Part shown: in pieces, positions 38,964 through 50,785 of the stretch | Numbering within the stretch: the first letter of the stretch is position 1 | Layout: each line of letters starts with the position of its first letter | From: Candidatus Kerfeldbacteria bacterium CG08_land_8_20_14_0_20_40_16 | GTDB lineage: Bacteria > Patescibacteriota > Patescibacteriia > UM-FILTER-42-10 | DNA length: 61,409 nucleotides | Assembly: GCA_002774635.1 (NCBI GenBank) | Contig: PEXU01000049.1 | Coordinates: 1-61,409 of the forward strand | Direction: 5' to 3' | Position numbers and translations under genes: made by a program | Notes under the pieces: model-generated | Databases searched by the model: none | Seen by the model: only the letters and a program-made list of their open reading frames with translations | Told to the model about the DNA's origin: nothing

Positions 38964-39449
38964 TTAAGAAGCTCCGTCCATTTCTTGCCGTTCACTTTCA
39001 TCGTATACTGCTGGAAAATCAAGTTTTTGGTAGTTGAAAATCTCGTCTTCGTTGAAAAAACGGTAAATCTCTTTTTCGGCGGTTTCTTTGGAATCAGAGG
39101 CGTGCACAATATTATGGCCCTTACTCATTGAAAAATCTCCTCTAATGCTTCCGGCATCCGCTTCTCGGCCAGTGGTAGGCCCGACAATCAGCCGGACAGC
39201 ATTGATTGCACTATGTCCTTCTAGTACCATTACCGCTACGGGCGAGGATTGCATAAATTTTTTTAAATCTTCAAAAAACGGCTTGTCTTTATGATGATCG
39301 TAATGTTCAGCAATTAATGTATCATCAATGGAAAACATTTTTAACCCGATGATTTTCAACCCTTTTCTTTCAAAACGGGTAATTACCTCGCCTAATAAAT
39401 TTCTTTGTAGGGCATCAGGTTTGATAATAATTAGAGTTCTTTCTTTCAT
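38964..39449 (-). CDS. ndk: Nucleoside-diphosphate kinase
   Basis: IIKPDA, HYDHHKDKPFF, GSIRGDF, NIVHASDS. Confidence 0.97.
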   Translation of the reverse strand: MKERTLIIIKPDALQRNLLGEVITRFERKGLKIIGLKMFSIDDTLIAEHYDHHKDKPFFEDLKKFMQSSPVAVMVLEGHSAINAVRLIVGPTTGREADAGSIRGDFSMSKGHNIVHASDSKETAEKEIYRFFNEDEIFNYQKLDFPAVYDESERQEMDGAS

Positions 39450-39836
39450 TTATTTTCCTTTGTTCTTTAATAATTCCCTTACTTTTTCCACTACTTCGCT
39501 GGGAGTATGGTTGGCCTTAACAAAATAATCATCAGCCCCCAGCGCTTTACCCTTTTGAATGTCCTGGTCTTGCCCCAAGTTAGTTAACAGAATAACGGGC
39601 GTATCTTTAATACTGGCATCGCTTCGGATCTCTTTTAAGGTGGCAAAACCGTCCAGTTTGGGAAGAATGATATCCAGTAGAATCAAATCGGGTTTGTTTT
39701 CTTTGGCCATCTTCAGGCCGTCCGATCCGTTTTCCGCGGTGATGATATCGTATCCTTCCCGGTTGAATTTCGAGGAATACATCTCTAACAGCATTTTATC
39801 ATCTTCAATTAGAAGAATTTTTTGTTTGCTGTTCAT
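39450..39836 (-). CDS. Single-domain response regulator receiver
   Basis: LIEDD, LLDIILPKLDG, LTN, GADDYFVK. Confidence 0.92.
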   Translation of the reverse strand: MNSKQKILLIEDDKMLLEMYSSKFNREGYDIITAENGSDGLKMAKENKPDLILLDIILPKLDGFATLKEIRSDASIKDTPVILLTNLGQDQDIQKGKALGADDYFVKANHTPSEVVEKVRELLKNKGK

Positions 39837-39936
39837 AAATAATATTTGATTTTACTAAATTATTAATTATCCTCCCTATCCTTACCTATAACACAATCCG
39901 CTAAAATTGGCAAAAAAACCCCTTTTCATTTCCCCC

Positions 39937-41415
39937 TTATAAAGGGGGAGAAAGAGAGGGGGTGAAATGCCAATCTGTCGCCTGTTCATATTGATAAGCC
40001 ACGTTTAGAATCTGACTTTCCGCAAATGGTTTTCCGATTAGCTGAATCCCTACTGGCAACTGGTTGGCCATCCCGCAAGGAATGGAAATAGCAGGGATAC
40101 CTCCCATATTGGCGGAAACGGTATAAATATCGGAAAGATACATTGTTAAAGGATTATCCAGTTTTTCCCCCAAGCGAAAAGCAACCGTAGGGGTAGTAGG
40201 AGTAGCTAAAAGATCTACTTTTTGGAAAACTTCTTTAAAATCTTTTGCTACCAGCGTTTTTACTTTTTGGGCCCTAAGATAATAGGCATCATAGTAGCCG
40301 CTGGAAAGACTGTAGGTTCCAATCATTATCCTTCTTTTCACTTCGTCGCCGAACCCATTAGCCCGCGACCGGCTATAGACTGAAAATAGATTTTTTACTG
40401 CTTCTTCTTTGCCTAAAGCGGAATATCCGTAGCGAATGCCATCATAACGAGCTAAATTAGCGCTGGCTTCAGCCGGCAGAATAATGTAATACGCTGCTAA
40501 GGCATAATTAGTATAAGGAAGGCTTACTTCTTGTATCTGGGCACCTAATTCTTTCAGCTTATCAATCGCTGCCCTCACTAATTTTTCTACTTCTTTATCT
40601 ATTCCTTTAATGAAATATTCTTTCGGTATCCCGATCTTAATTCCTTTAATTTCTTTTGCTAATTCCTTCGTGTAATCAGGAACGACTTCAGAAGCAGAAG
40701 TGGAATCAAAAGCATCTTTACCCGCAATCTGGTTTAGTACTAAAGCCGCATCTTCCACGGTTTTGGTAATAGGACCAATTTGATCAAAAGAAGAAGCAAG
40801 GGCAATCAAACCGTAGCGAGAAACCCTTCCGTAAGTGGGCTTTAATCCTACTACTCCACAAAAGGCCGCGGGCTGACGAACTGAACCGCCAGTATCAGAA
40901 CCTAGGGCAAAAATGCATTCGTCCGCTGCTACTGCCGCGGCCGAACCACCGGAAGAGCCGCCGGGCACTCGGGAAAGATCCCAAGGATTATTTGTTTTCT
41001 GAAACGCGGAATTTTCAGTGGAAGCGCCCATGGCAAATTCATCTAAATTGGTCTTGCCCAGCAATACCATGCCTGCTTTTTTGAGCTTTTTGGTCACAGT
41101 GGCATCATAGCTGGCCTGATAATCTTTTAAAATCTTAGAACCAGCCGTTGTTTTTATTCCCTTGGTTAAAATATTATCCTTCACCGCTACAGGAATACCC
41201 ATTAAAGGAGAATAATATTCTCCTTTTTGGATCTTATGATCAATTTCTTTAGCCGTTTTTAAAGCGGTTTCTTTTTCCACGTCCAAAAAAGCTGATATTT
41301 TTTCATCAATTTGATCAATTCTTTTTAAAAAAGCTTTAGTTAATTCTAACGAAGAAAATTCCCTATCTTTTATTTTTTGGGCCGCTTCTTTTAAGGTTAG
41401 CTCAAATAGTTCCAT
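39937..41415 (-). CDS. gatA: Asp/Glu-tRNA amidotransferase subunit A
   Basis: GKTNLDEFAMG, PGGSSGGSAAAV, GSDTGGSVRQPA, RYDGIRYG. Confidence 0.97.
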   Translation of the reverse strand: MELFELTLKEAAQKIKDREFSSLELTKAFLKRIDQIDEKISAFLDVEKETALKTAKEIDHKIQKGEYYSPLMGIPVAVKDNILTKGIKTTAGSKILKDYQASYDATVTKKLKKAGMVLLGKTNLDEFAMGASTENSAFQKTNNPWDLSRVPGGSSGGSAAAVAADECIFALGSDTGGSVRQPAAFCGVVGLKPTYGRVSRYGLIALASSFDQIGPITKTVEDAALVLNQIAGKDAFDSTSASEVVPDYTKELAKEIKGIKIGIPKEYFIKGIDKEVEKLVRAAIDKLKELGAQIQEVSLPYTNYALAAYYIILPAEASANLARYDGIRYGYSALGKEEAVKNLFSVYSRSRANGFGDEVKRRIMIGTYSLSSGYYDAYYLRAQKVKTLVAKDFKEVFQKVDLLATPTTPTVAFRLGEKLDNPLTMYLSDIYTVSANMGGIPAISIPCGMANQLPVGIQLIGKPFAESQILNVAYQYEQATDWHFTPSLSPPL

Positions 41416-41418
41416 GAT

Positions 41419-41703
41419 TTATTTCAAAACCGCTTTAACTTTAAAATGTCCGTTTTTTTGTTTGGGCGCCTGATTCAGAAGTTCCTGATACTTGGCATAC
41501 TGTTCAACTTTATCTTCCCGAAATACATTTAATTCTAGAACGGTCGACCACGGCAAGATTTGTTTCACGTCCACTTCTTTTAATTTATTGACGTAATCGA
41601 TAATTAAAGACAACTGGTGCTGAAATTTTTTGATTTCTGCTAAAGACAGCTCTATTCGAGCAAGCTGGGCAATGTGGACTACTTCTTCTTTGCTTATTGA
41701 CAT
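41419..41703 (-). CDS. gatC: Asp/Glu-tRNA amidotransferase subunit C
   Basis: EEVVHIAQLARI, FRED, APK; upstream of gatA. Confidence 0.92.
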   Translation of the reverse strand: MSISKEEVVHIAQLARIELSLAEIKKFQHQLSLIIDYVNKLKEVDVKQILPWSTVLELNVFREDKVEQYAKYQELLNQAPKQKNGHFKVKAVLK

Positions 41704-41757
41704 AACTATTAGTTATTATAAACCTTGCTATTTTTTTAGCCAAATTTGCCCGGCAGA

Positions 41758-43782
<2,025 letters not shown>

Positions 43783-43875
43783 TTAGCTTTTTAGGAAAAT
43801 AGCTTCTTAGCTTCTTAAGAGAGAGTTTAAAAAAACGTCTAAAAAGCTACTAGCCTAAGAAGCTACAATCTAATA

Positions 43876-44841
43876 TCACGGACTCCCCGGTATCTTCTTC
43901 AATTCCTTTTCGGTAAAAATAACGTAGTCAAAAAGACCGGAAGTGGGAATATGCCAAGGCATAGAAGCGTCTAAAGCCTGCTGACTGCGGCCAAACTTGC
44001 CAACTGTTTTTAGACTTAATCGGCTAGGAAGAGGAGAAAGGACGTGACCATCATCTGCCACTCTTACCTCTAAATCATCTATTTTATCATACAGGGCTTT
44101 TACCCGCACCTGATAATAAAAATATGTCGAGCCGGGGGGCAAAGGAAAAACATTTAGAGGAATAAAGGCACATTGCTTAACTCCGTCACTACTTGGACAA
44201 GTAGCAGAACCACCAGGATAGGGTTCGTCATAATAAAGATCATGACTACTTAGTAGAACTTTCTCCACATTTTCGTAAGAATTAAGTCGGTTATCCCAAC
44301 CAGTCCAGCTGATTTCCACCCATTCGCTCCCGCTTCCGATACAGCAAGGTTCAATACCTCCACTACAAGGAACAGGATAATTTGGATCGTCCGATTCACA
44401 AGGATTATTATCCCAAGAAATCCATAAATAAAAAGGGTCGAAATACCAATCACTATAAAGATCAATCTGTTCTGACTCATTTTTGGCCAGAAAAAAGGTA
44501 TGATTTTCTTCTGTCCACCCTACTTTACTAGTTACTACTTCTAAGCCTGGGATGGAAAAATTTGTTTTAGTAAGAACTCGTAAAGCTCCGGCTGTCTCAC
44601 CAAGAGTTCTTCCATCACGACGGTAGGATTTTACTAAATAAAGGCCTTGTTCCATACCGCTTTCCGCGCCATAAAAAGCGCTGATGGAATTGTCTATGTT
44701 TTCCGCTCCTTGAATTAAATTAATAATCAAGGTGGCAAAACCAATCCCGGCCGCAGAAACACTGGCTAAAATCAAGAGTGACAAGAGCAGCGTTTGACCT
44801 TTTCGTTCTAATCTTATTTTTTTGAAATCATTTCTAATCAT
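43876..44841 (-). CDS. Minor pilin, PilX-like
   Basis: KG|QTLLLSLLIL hydrophobic N-terminus lacking Glu5; AFYGAESGMEQG motif. Confidence 0.75.
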   Translation of the reverse strand: MIRNDFKKIRLERKGQTLLLSLLILASVSAAGIGFATLIINLIQGAENIDNSISAFYGAESGMEQGLYLVKSYRRDGRTLGETAGALRVLTKTNFSIPGLEVVTSKVGWTEENHTFFLAKNESEQIDLYSDWYFDPFYLWISWDNNPCESDDPNYPVPCSGGIEPCCIGSGSEWVEISWTGWDNRLNSYENVEKVLLSSHDLYYDEPYPGGSATCPSSDGVKQCAFIPLNVFPLPPGSTYFYYQVRVKALYDKIDDLEVRVADDGHVLSPLPSRLSLKTVGKFGRSQQALDASMPWHIPTSGLFDYVIFTEKELKKIPGSP

Positions 44842-44843
44842 TT

Positions 44844-45734
44844 TTACCGACGATAAATCATTGAAGTAGAAGAAGTCTGCAGATTAACTTTTTCCTGTTC
44901 CGCGCCGCTGCCGGATTCAGTTTCTAATATTATTGTAACCATTGGCTGACTATCAGGGATGATGCAAAGATGATTAACACAATCTCTTGAATCGCAGTCA
45001 TCATCTTGAGTTTCTAGCGTACAACTATTTCTTACTGAAAAAGGGTTAGAGGCGGGAAAAATATAAAAGCGCAAGTCAGTTACTTTGACTTGGGTTGGAG
45101 TCACCATCTGCCAGTTGTTTTGAGGAGGATCAGAAGCTAAATCACAGCGGGTTAAATTCTCATGAGTATTGGAACATACTTCAATCTGCTCTTCGTTATT
45201 CAGCCGGTAAAAAATTTGATTATTTTCTTGATCTCTTGTTGCTAGAATGTAAGTTGGGTTAGTTAAATCAATTGAAAGACAGGAACCATCTAAACAATCA
45301 ATATCTTCAGTGCAAGGGTCTCCAGGGTTTTGAACCTCCGGACCCTGACAAACACCCTGGTAATATTCATAATCAATGGTGCCGTTCCTTATTTCCTTCA
45401 CCATCGCCTCTAAAACAAAGCGGGCATCGCTTTGAGCCACCTGCGTATTGCGAGTTTGGCGCTGTATCTTGGTTACGGTTAAAAATAAATCAACGGCCAT
45501 GACCGCGGTAGTAGAAAAAACAGCCAAGACTACTACCATTTCCATTAAAGTGAAGCCCGTTAGAAAATTCGGATGGTTGGGTCTAATCTGTTCAGAGATA
45601 AGTTTTTGATAGGGTTTAAAACTGCGCTTAAACTTAAATAAAAAATTTCCTAACCCTTTTAGAAGAGCAGAGCTTTCTAACGGGGTGAAGCCCGCTGATT
45701 TTTGTTTTAACACACTTTTCAGAAATTTTATCAT
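44844..45734 (-). CDS. Minor pilin, PilW-like, with an in-frame insertion in its leader
   Basis: G|FTLMEMVVVLAVF preceded by a second GFT 45 codons upstream. Confidence 0.8.
   Translation of the reverse strand: MIKFLKSVLKQKSAGFTPLESSALLKGLGNFLFKFKRSFKPYQKLISEQIRPNHPNFLTGFTLMEMVVVLAVFSTTAVMAVDLFLTVTKIQRQTRNTQVAQSDARFVLEAMVKEIRNGTIDYEYYQGVCQGPEVQNPGDPCTEDIDCLDGSCLSIDLTNPTYILATRDQENNQIFYRLNNEEQIEVCSNTHENLTRCDLASDPPQNNWQMVTPTQVKVTDLRFYIFPASNPFSVRNSCTLETQDDDCDSRDCVNHLCIIPDSQPMVTIILETESGSGAEQEKVNLQTSSTSMIYRR
45556..45684. mobile_element. MITE-like in-frame insertion in the prepilin leader
   Basis: TIRs CCCGTTAGAAA (45556-45566) and TTTCTAACGGG (45674-45684); GTGAAGCCCG repeated at 45550 and 45685 (135 bp apart). 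Confidence 0.8.
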
Positions 45735-45834
45735 GTTAATTATTATGGTTATATTGTTTATTGTTATATTGTTATTTTTTAACTTCTGTACCTACAACCG
45801 TTCAACAATAAAACAATATAACAATCAACAACGG

Positions 45835-46494
45835 TTACTTCCAATTATATAAATGTTCCTCAAACACCAGTGATTGCAAATTATCTTTTTCATACCATTT
45901 GACTTGAGAAAGAACCTGAATTCCGATTTTTTCATCTCCGGCATCACAAGTATGATCATCAGGATCAATATACTCATTACCGTCTTTATCCTGACAAATT
46001 TCATAAGTGGCAATAAGCCGGTAATAAGGCGTTGCTTCCCAATTGCCGGCCGGTGGAGAAGGATACTGGGCAAAGATACCATCACTGAAATAAATCCGGC
46101 AACTTTCATTATCCACACATTCCTCGATTGATGAACCACCATTAGGATAATCCAAAGTCCAACTAGAGGTACTAGCGTCAAAGCGCGCTATCGCGGTATA
46201 ATCATTACCATTTTTCAAACCCTGGTCCCACTGCGAGGAGGGAAGAGAACTAGATTCAATTTCTAACCAATTACTATCCCTTTTCTGCCGTACCACTTCT
46301 ATTCCTTCCCGAGCCAAATTAGTCGCTACAACCTGCATTTCACTAGCTTTACCTCCTCGGATAGTGGTTAAACTCAAAACCAGCGTACTGACCACTCCAA
46401 TTAGAATAACGCTAATCGCTACCACTAATTCGATCAGACTTTGACCAGACGATAAAGAAAAAAATATTTTCTTTAGTTTGTTGATCTTAACCAC
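45835..46494 (-). CDS. Minor pilin, PilV-like
   Basis: G|QSLIELVVAISVI; ATNLAREGIEVVR. Confidence 0.8.
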   Translation of the reverse strand: MVKINKLKKIFFSLSSGQSLIELVVAISVILIGVVSTLVLSLTTIRGGKASEMQVVATNLAREGIEVVRQKRDSNWLEIESSSLPSSQWDQGLKNGNDYTAIARFDASTSSWTLDYPNGGSSIEECVDNESCRIYFSDGIFAQYPSPPAGNWEATPYYRLIATYEICQDKDGNEYIDPDDHTCDAGDEKIGIQVLSQVKWYEKDNLQSLVFEEHLYNWK

Positions 46495-46524
46495 AATATG
46501 ACAAAATTACTAGAGTTTATTATG

Positions 46525-47346
46525 TTAAGGGATAGGATATATATAAGAACCATAAGGATTACAGTCAGTAATAGAGTTATCACTGACTTGGCCAGAAAAT
46601 CCGTTAATGACAATTTCTCGGCATTTGTTTATCTCAATATGCTCTAATTTAATTTTTACCGTCTGATCAGAACGGGCAACGTCTTCCAATCCCGTATCAT
46701 GAAGATAAAAATAAGGAATGGGTTTAGGAGGACGGAAAGTTATATCCATTTTATAATTTTGAGGTTGGTGGACAAAAGAATAACCACCCACGGAAGACTG
46801 AATGTCAAATGATTTAATTACCACTTTCTCGGGTAAAGCATAGTTTTCGCCACCGGGCAGTCCAAAATCATAACAAGGTTCTACATAACATGGAAATCCT
46901 GGTTCAAATGCTCCTGCTAGGCCAGAAGAATCAACGAACAAGGTGTAAGAGGTTGGACATTCAGAACCCTCGCAAGAGGGGCTATCTCCTTCTTGAGTCG
47001 GTTCAATCGATATCCCATAACCTCCTTTGGGCACAGAATTCTCACAACTTTCTCCTTCTCCTTCACAATCTTCTTCGCTTTGACAAGGCTTACCCTTAGA
47101 AAAACCTGTACAAAGTTTAACTACTTGTCCCGACATTCCCAAGATTTGCACTTTTCTAAAATTGCTTGCTAACTCTAATGTTCCTCTCTTAAGTTCATCC
47201 ATTTTTTGTCCCTGCCGGAAGTTAGCTAATATAAGGGTGGCGATTAAAGCAAAAATAGCCAGGGTAACTAACATTTCTACCAGAGTGAATCCGTTCAACA
47301 AACCCTTGGTTTTTAATTTAATAATTTTAGCCGATTTAATCATCAT
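46525..47346 (-). CDS. Minor pilin, FimT/FimU-like
   Basis: G|FTLVEMLVTLAIF. Confidence 0.8.
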   Translation of the reverse strand: MMIKSAKIIKLKTKGLLNGFTLVEMLVTLAIFALIATLILANFRQGQKMDELKRGTLELASNFRKVQILGMSGQVVKLCTGFSKGKPCQSEEDCEGEGESCENSVPKGGYGISIEPTQEGDSPSCEGSECPTSYTLFVDSSGLAGAFEPGFPCYVEPCYDFGLPGGENYALPEKVVIKSFDIQSSVGGYSFVHQPQNYKMDITFRPPKPIPYFYLHDTGLEDVARSDQTVKIKLEHIEINKCREIVINGFSGQVSDNSITDCNPYGSYIYPIP

Positions 47347-47405
47347 TCTTAGTTAATTATTAGTAATTCTTTATTCGCCTCCTAATTCAGTCTTCCTTCT
47401 CTCTT

Positions 47406-48158
47406 TCAGGTTAAAAAATCGAGATACCAATGAATAATTCCATCGCCAAAAAGAAGAACAACCATTGTGGCAAAAGAAATAAATATCCCCAAGGGAAGGA
47501 CATCTCCCCATTTTTTTCTTTTTAAACTAAGAAGGGCAATCGCTACCATGGCGCCGATTAAATAAGTAAGAAATAAAAGAAGCGAGATATTCGGCCAGCC
47601 GACCATAAAACCGCACATCAAACCTAGCCGCAAGTCTCCTCCGCCAATCCATTTTCCCTTGGATACTACAAATTGAATTAAAAAGAAACCTAACCCTATT
47701 ATACCACCAATCAACAGTTTAGTCAGTGACATTCCGATAATTAAGGAACCTAAAAAACCCAGTAAAATTGCCGGAATCGCTACCCCATCCAATACCAAAT
47801 AGTACTTTAAATCATAGACAAAAATCACTATCAGAAAAAATGAATAAAGGGAATAAATAAAAAATTTTAAGGATAATCCAAAATTAAGATAAAGGGCGAT
47901 AAATACAAGGGCAGTTGCTAATTCTACCAAAGGATACTGCCAAGATATTTTTTTTTGACAATAGCGGCATTTACCTTTTTGAATTAAAAAACTTACTACT
48001 GGAATAAGGTCGCGAACGGATAATTGGTGTCTGCACTTAGGACAATAAGAGCGTCCTTCTAGAAAACTTCGTTTTTGGTGTAGACGAAAAATAACAGAAT
48101 TTAGGAAACTGCCGATAATCAGACCGAAAAGAAAAATTATTATTGTATTCACCGTCAT
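47406..48158 (-). CDS. pilD: Prepilin peptidase (A24)
   Basis: GSFLN, RSYCPKC, GKCRYC, YDLK, GGGD. Confidence 0.93.
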   Translation of the reverse strand: MTVNTIIIFLFGLIIGSFLNSVIFRLHQKRSFLEGRSYCPKCRHQLSVRDLIPVVSFLIQKGKCRYCQKKISWQYPLVELATALVFIALYLNFGLSLKFFIYSLYSFFLIVIFVYDLKYYLVLDGVAIPAILLGFLGSLIIGMSLTKLLIGGIIGLGFFLIQFVVSKGKWIGGGDLRLGLMCGFMVGWPNISLLLFLTYLIGAMVAIALLSLKRKKWGDVLPLGIFISFATMVVLLFGDGIIHWYLDFLT

Positions 48159-49990
48159 TATATTTTGAATTCACTTAGATAATTAGCTCGATGAACAACA
48201 AAACCCCGATAAGAAAAACTCTGAATCTTAGGATCATATGATAACGCCTTTAAAAGCTCCTCTTTTGATCTCTCAAGGTATCCGTGATCCAGCCAAAAGT
48301 GAGCAAGACGATAATGATAAGAACCCACAAAATCTTGAGTAAAAGGATCTGATGATAAATGATTTTGATTAACAATATTTCTTAAATAATACATATTTAT
48401 AGTGGGGGGCTCCTTCTTCCAGGTTTCCCAGTCAGAAAAATATTCAAAAGTACTTCCGTTGGAACGGGAAAAAAGATTGGAATCAGTCACTTGATCTACA
48501 GAAAAAGTAGTGAATATCGGCTGAGAATATTTTTCTTTGACTTGTTTTAAAAGATCATATAGAACGCTTTCTGATTCAGCATCAGATGTTGTTCTGCTTA
48601 TTTTACGAGAAGTACCATAAATCGGCGACAAGGTAATAAATAAAACGTCGGGTCTTCTATTTTCTACTATCTTCAGATAAGCTAAGGAAAATTGAATGTT
48701 GTCTGAATTAAATCCACTCTCATAAACTACCAGAACGGCATTGGGTGGCAAACTATCTAGGAGATTGGAGGATAAATCATACACTAAATAATCTCTGCTT
48801 CTGTCATTATTGTTAAAATTAACGATCATAAAAAATAAAGGAAGAAAAACAATAATTAAAACGGCAATGGTGACCAAAATAAATTTTCTGAACTGTGATT
48901 TTTTTGACAGGTGGGTAATTTTTCTCCATAAGAATTCTAAACCACTGGCAATAAATAAAGAAAAAATTAGAAAGCAAGGAATATAAAGTACTCTTAAAAT
49001 ATAAACAGAGGTAGCGGCCCAATCTATTTTTCTTAAAAACACAACGCCTAAACAGTTTATAGCAAAACCAATGGCCAGAAGAATAAAGATTTTTTTTTCC
49101 TTAAAATACAAACTAAACAAACCAAGTAGTCCTATGACAACCAAAAAGCTAAATTGTTGAACTAATTGAACTAAGAAATTGCCCAAAAAAAGAATTTTTC
49201 CGCCATTGGTCAAAGAAGCGATAATACCTTCGCCGTATTGTGCCCGCGTAACATGACTAATAAAGTTTGTAAAACTCTCCGGATTGCCCCAGTCAATCGG
49301 CGGGTTGGCCGCGGAGCGGATAGGTAAATAAAGATAGACGGAAAGCCCGATTATAAAGAGCAGAAACAGCATGATTATCGTTTTGTATCTTTTCCAAAAT
49401 CCCTTTTCTGAAATCAAAATAAAAGCTATAAGCGCTGGTGCCAGCAACAGCATCTCCTGATGGTTGGTTAAACTTAGTCCGAATAAAAAAGAAAAAAAAT
49501 AAAGGTAAATGACATTTTTTGTCTTAGACCAACGGATAATTAAGTAAAAGATTAAGACTAAAAAAAAGGAGTTCAAGGTATAAACTTCGCTGATTACACT
49601 TTGTGACCAAAAAACACCCGTGAAAGCAAAAACTAAAGCAGAGATAAAAGCAATAAATTTATTTTTTACCAGCTGCAAAAGCAGAATGAATAAAAACGTT
49701 ACTGTTGCCGAAGCAAAAAAAGCGGACATAAAATTAATCCGCCAGGCAATATTAGAAATTGGAATAAAGGTAAAAACCTTTCCTAATATATCCCACAGTG
49801 GGTATCCAGGTGGATGCGGAATACCCACGGTATAGGCCGCTGCAACTAGTTCTCCACTATCCTCCGTGCCGACGGTTGGTGCCAGGGTAATAAGATAAAT
49901 CGTCAAGGTAATCAAGAAAAGGAGCGCGGCTAAAAACCACCTTTTCTGAAAAGTAGGAAAATTGTTTTTTGCCTTATCCTTAAACGACAT
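48158..49990 (-). CDS. DUF2723/TMEM260-like GT-C membrane glycosyltransferase with C-terminal TPR-like helices
   Basis: EDSGEL..GIPHPPGYPL, WSQSVISEVY, LTNHQ, YLPIRS..P.IDWGNP. Confidence 0.8.
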   Translation of the reverse strand: MSFKDKAKNNFPTFQKRWFLAALLFLITLTIYLITLAPTVGTEDSGELVAAAYTVGIPHPPGYPLWDILGKVFTFIPISNIAWRINFMSAFFASATVTFLFILLLQLVKNKFIAFISALVFAFTGVFWSQSVISEVYTLNSFFLVLIFYLIIRWSKTKNVIYLYFFSFLFGLSLTNHQEMLLLAPALIAFILISEKGFWKRYKTIIMLFLLFIIGLSVYLYLPIRSAANPPIDWGNPESFTNFISHVTRAQYGEGIIASLTNGGKILFLGNFLVQLVQQFSFLVVIGLLGLFSLYFKEKKIFILLAIGFAINCLGVVFLRKIDWAATSVYILRVLYIPCFLIFSLFIASGLEFLWRKITHLSKKSQFRKFILVTIAVLIIVFLPLFFMIVNFNNNDRSRDYLVYDLSSNLLDSLPPNAVLVVYESGFNSDNIQFSLAYLKIVENRRPDVLFITLSPIYGTSRKISRTTSDAESESVLYDLLKQVKEKYSQPIFTTFSVDQVTDSNLFSRSNGSTFEYFSDWETWKKEPPTINMYYLRNIVNQNHLSSDPFTQDFVGSYHYRLAHFWLDHGYLERSKEELLKALSYDPKIQSFSYRGFVVHRANYLSEFKI

Positions 49991-49995
49991 TACTT

Positions 49996-50694
49996 TTATT
50001 CTTTTACAACCTCTACTTTAATATTGTTTTGTTTATTACCATTAAGATTTCTTTTCTTGACACAAAACAAAGACGTCAAACCTCTCATCATCAAGCGGAG
50101 GGTCATGGCGATAATTTTTATATCTTTCCAAATAGAATACTTCTCTACGTAATATTCATCCAGCTTCAGCATTTCAGAAAAAGAATGATTGCTTTGACTA
50201 ACTTGCCACAGTCCAGTGATTCCCGGCTTTACTGATTTCCTGATTTGCCATTCGTGGTACAAATTTGGATTTTGCTTCAATTTATCTAAATCAACGTCCT
50301 CTACCGGCAGTGGCCTGGGTCCAATTAAGCTCATTTCGCCCTTTAGCACATTTATTATCTGAGGAAGCTCATCAAGACCGGTACTTCTAAGTTTTCTACC
50401 AAAAGATGTCTCTCTAGGATCAAGACCCATTTTAAAAAGAAAACCGTTCGCCTCGTTTTTAGATTCAAGTTCTTTTCTTTTCTCTGAAGCATCATTGTGC
50501 ATTGTTCTGAATTTATACATGGTAAATATTCTGTTGTTTTTACCCAGTCTTCTTTGCATGAAGAGCGCGGGGCCTTTTGAATCCATCTTAATTAGAATCC
50601 CAACGACAATACTAAAAAGCACCGCCGGTACCAAAAGCAGTAAAGCGATGATTAAATCAATTAACCTTTTGATGATAAATTGGATGGAGAGCAT
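49996..50694 (-). CDS. Phosphoglycosyltransferase (bacterial sugar transferase)
   Basis: KRLID, KFRTM, LDELPQIINVLKGEMSLIGPRP, KPGITGLWQV. Confidence 0.92.
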   Translation of the reverse strand: MLSIQFIIKRLIDLIIALLLLVPAVLFSIVVGILIKMDSKGPALFMQRRLGKNNRIFTMYKFRTMHNDASEKRKELESKNEANGFLFKMGLDPRETSFGRKLRSTGLDELPQIINVLKGEMSLIGPRPLPVEDVDLDKLKQNPNLYHEWQIRKSVKPGITGLWQVSQSNHSFSEMLKLDEYYVEKYSIWKDIKIIAMTLRLMMRGLTSLFCVKKRNLNGNKQNNIKVEVVKE

Positions 50695-50785
50695 GAATTT
50701 TCGTGACTGCGCTGTATCTAGAGTCTAATATTTGATATAATGATACCATAATTTTGCTTAAAAGTAAACCCAAGAAAATAAAAAA

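Noticed and set aside
39937..41703. gatCA without gatB, alongside asnS
   Set aside because: gatB is often unlinked, and GatCAB is normally still needed for Gln-tRNA; not unusual
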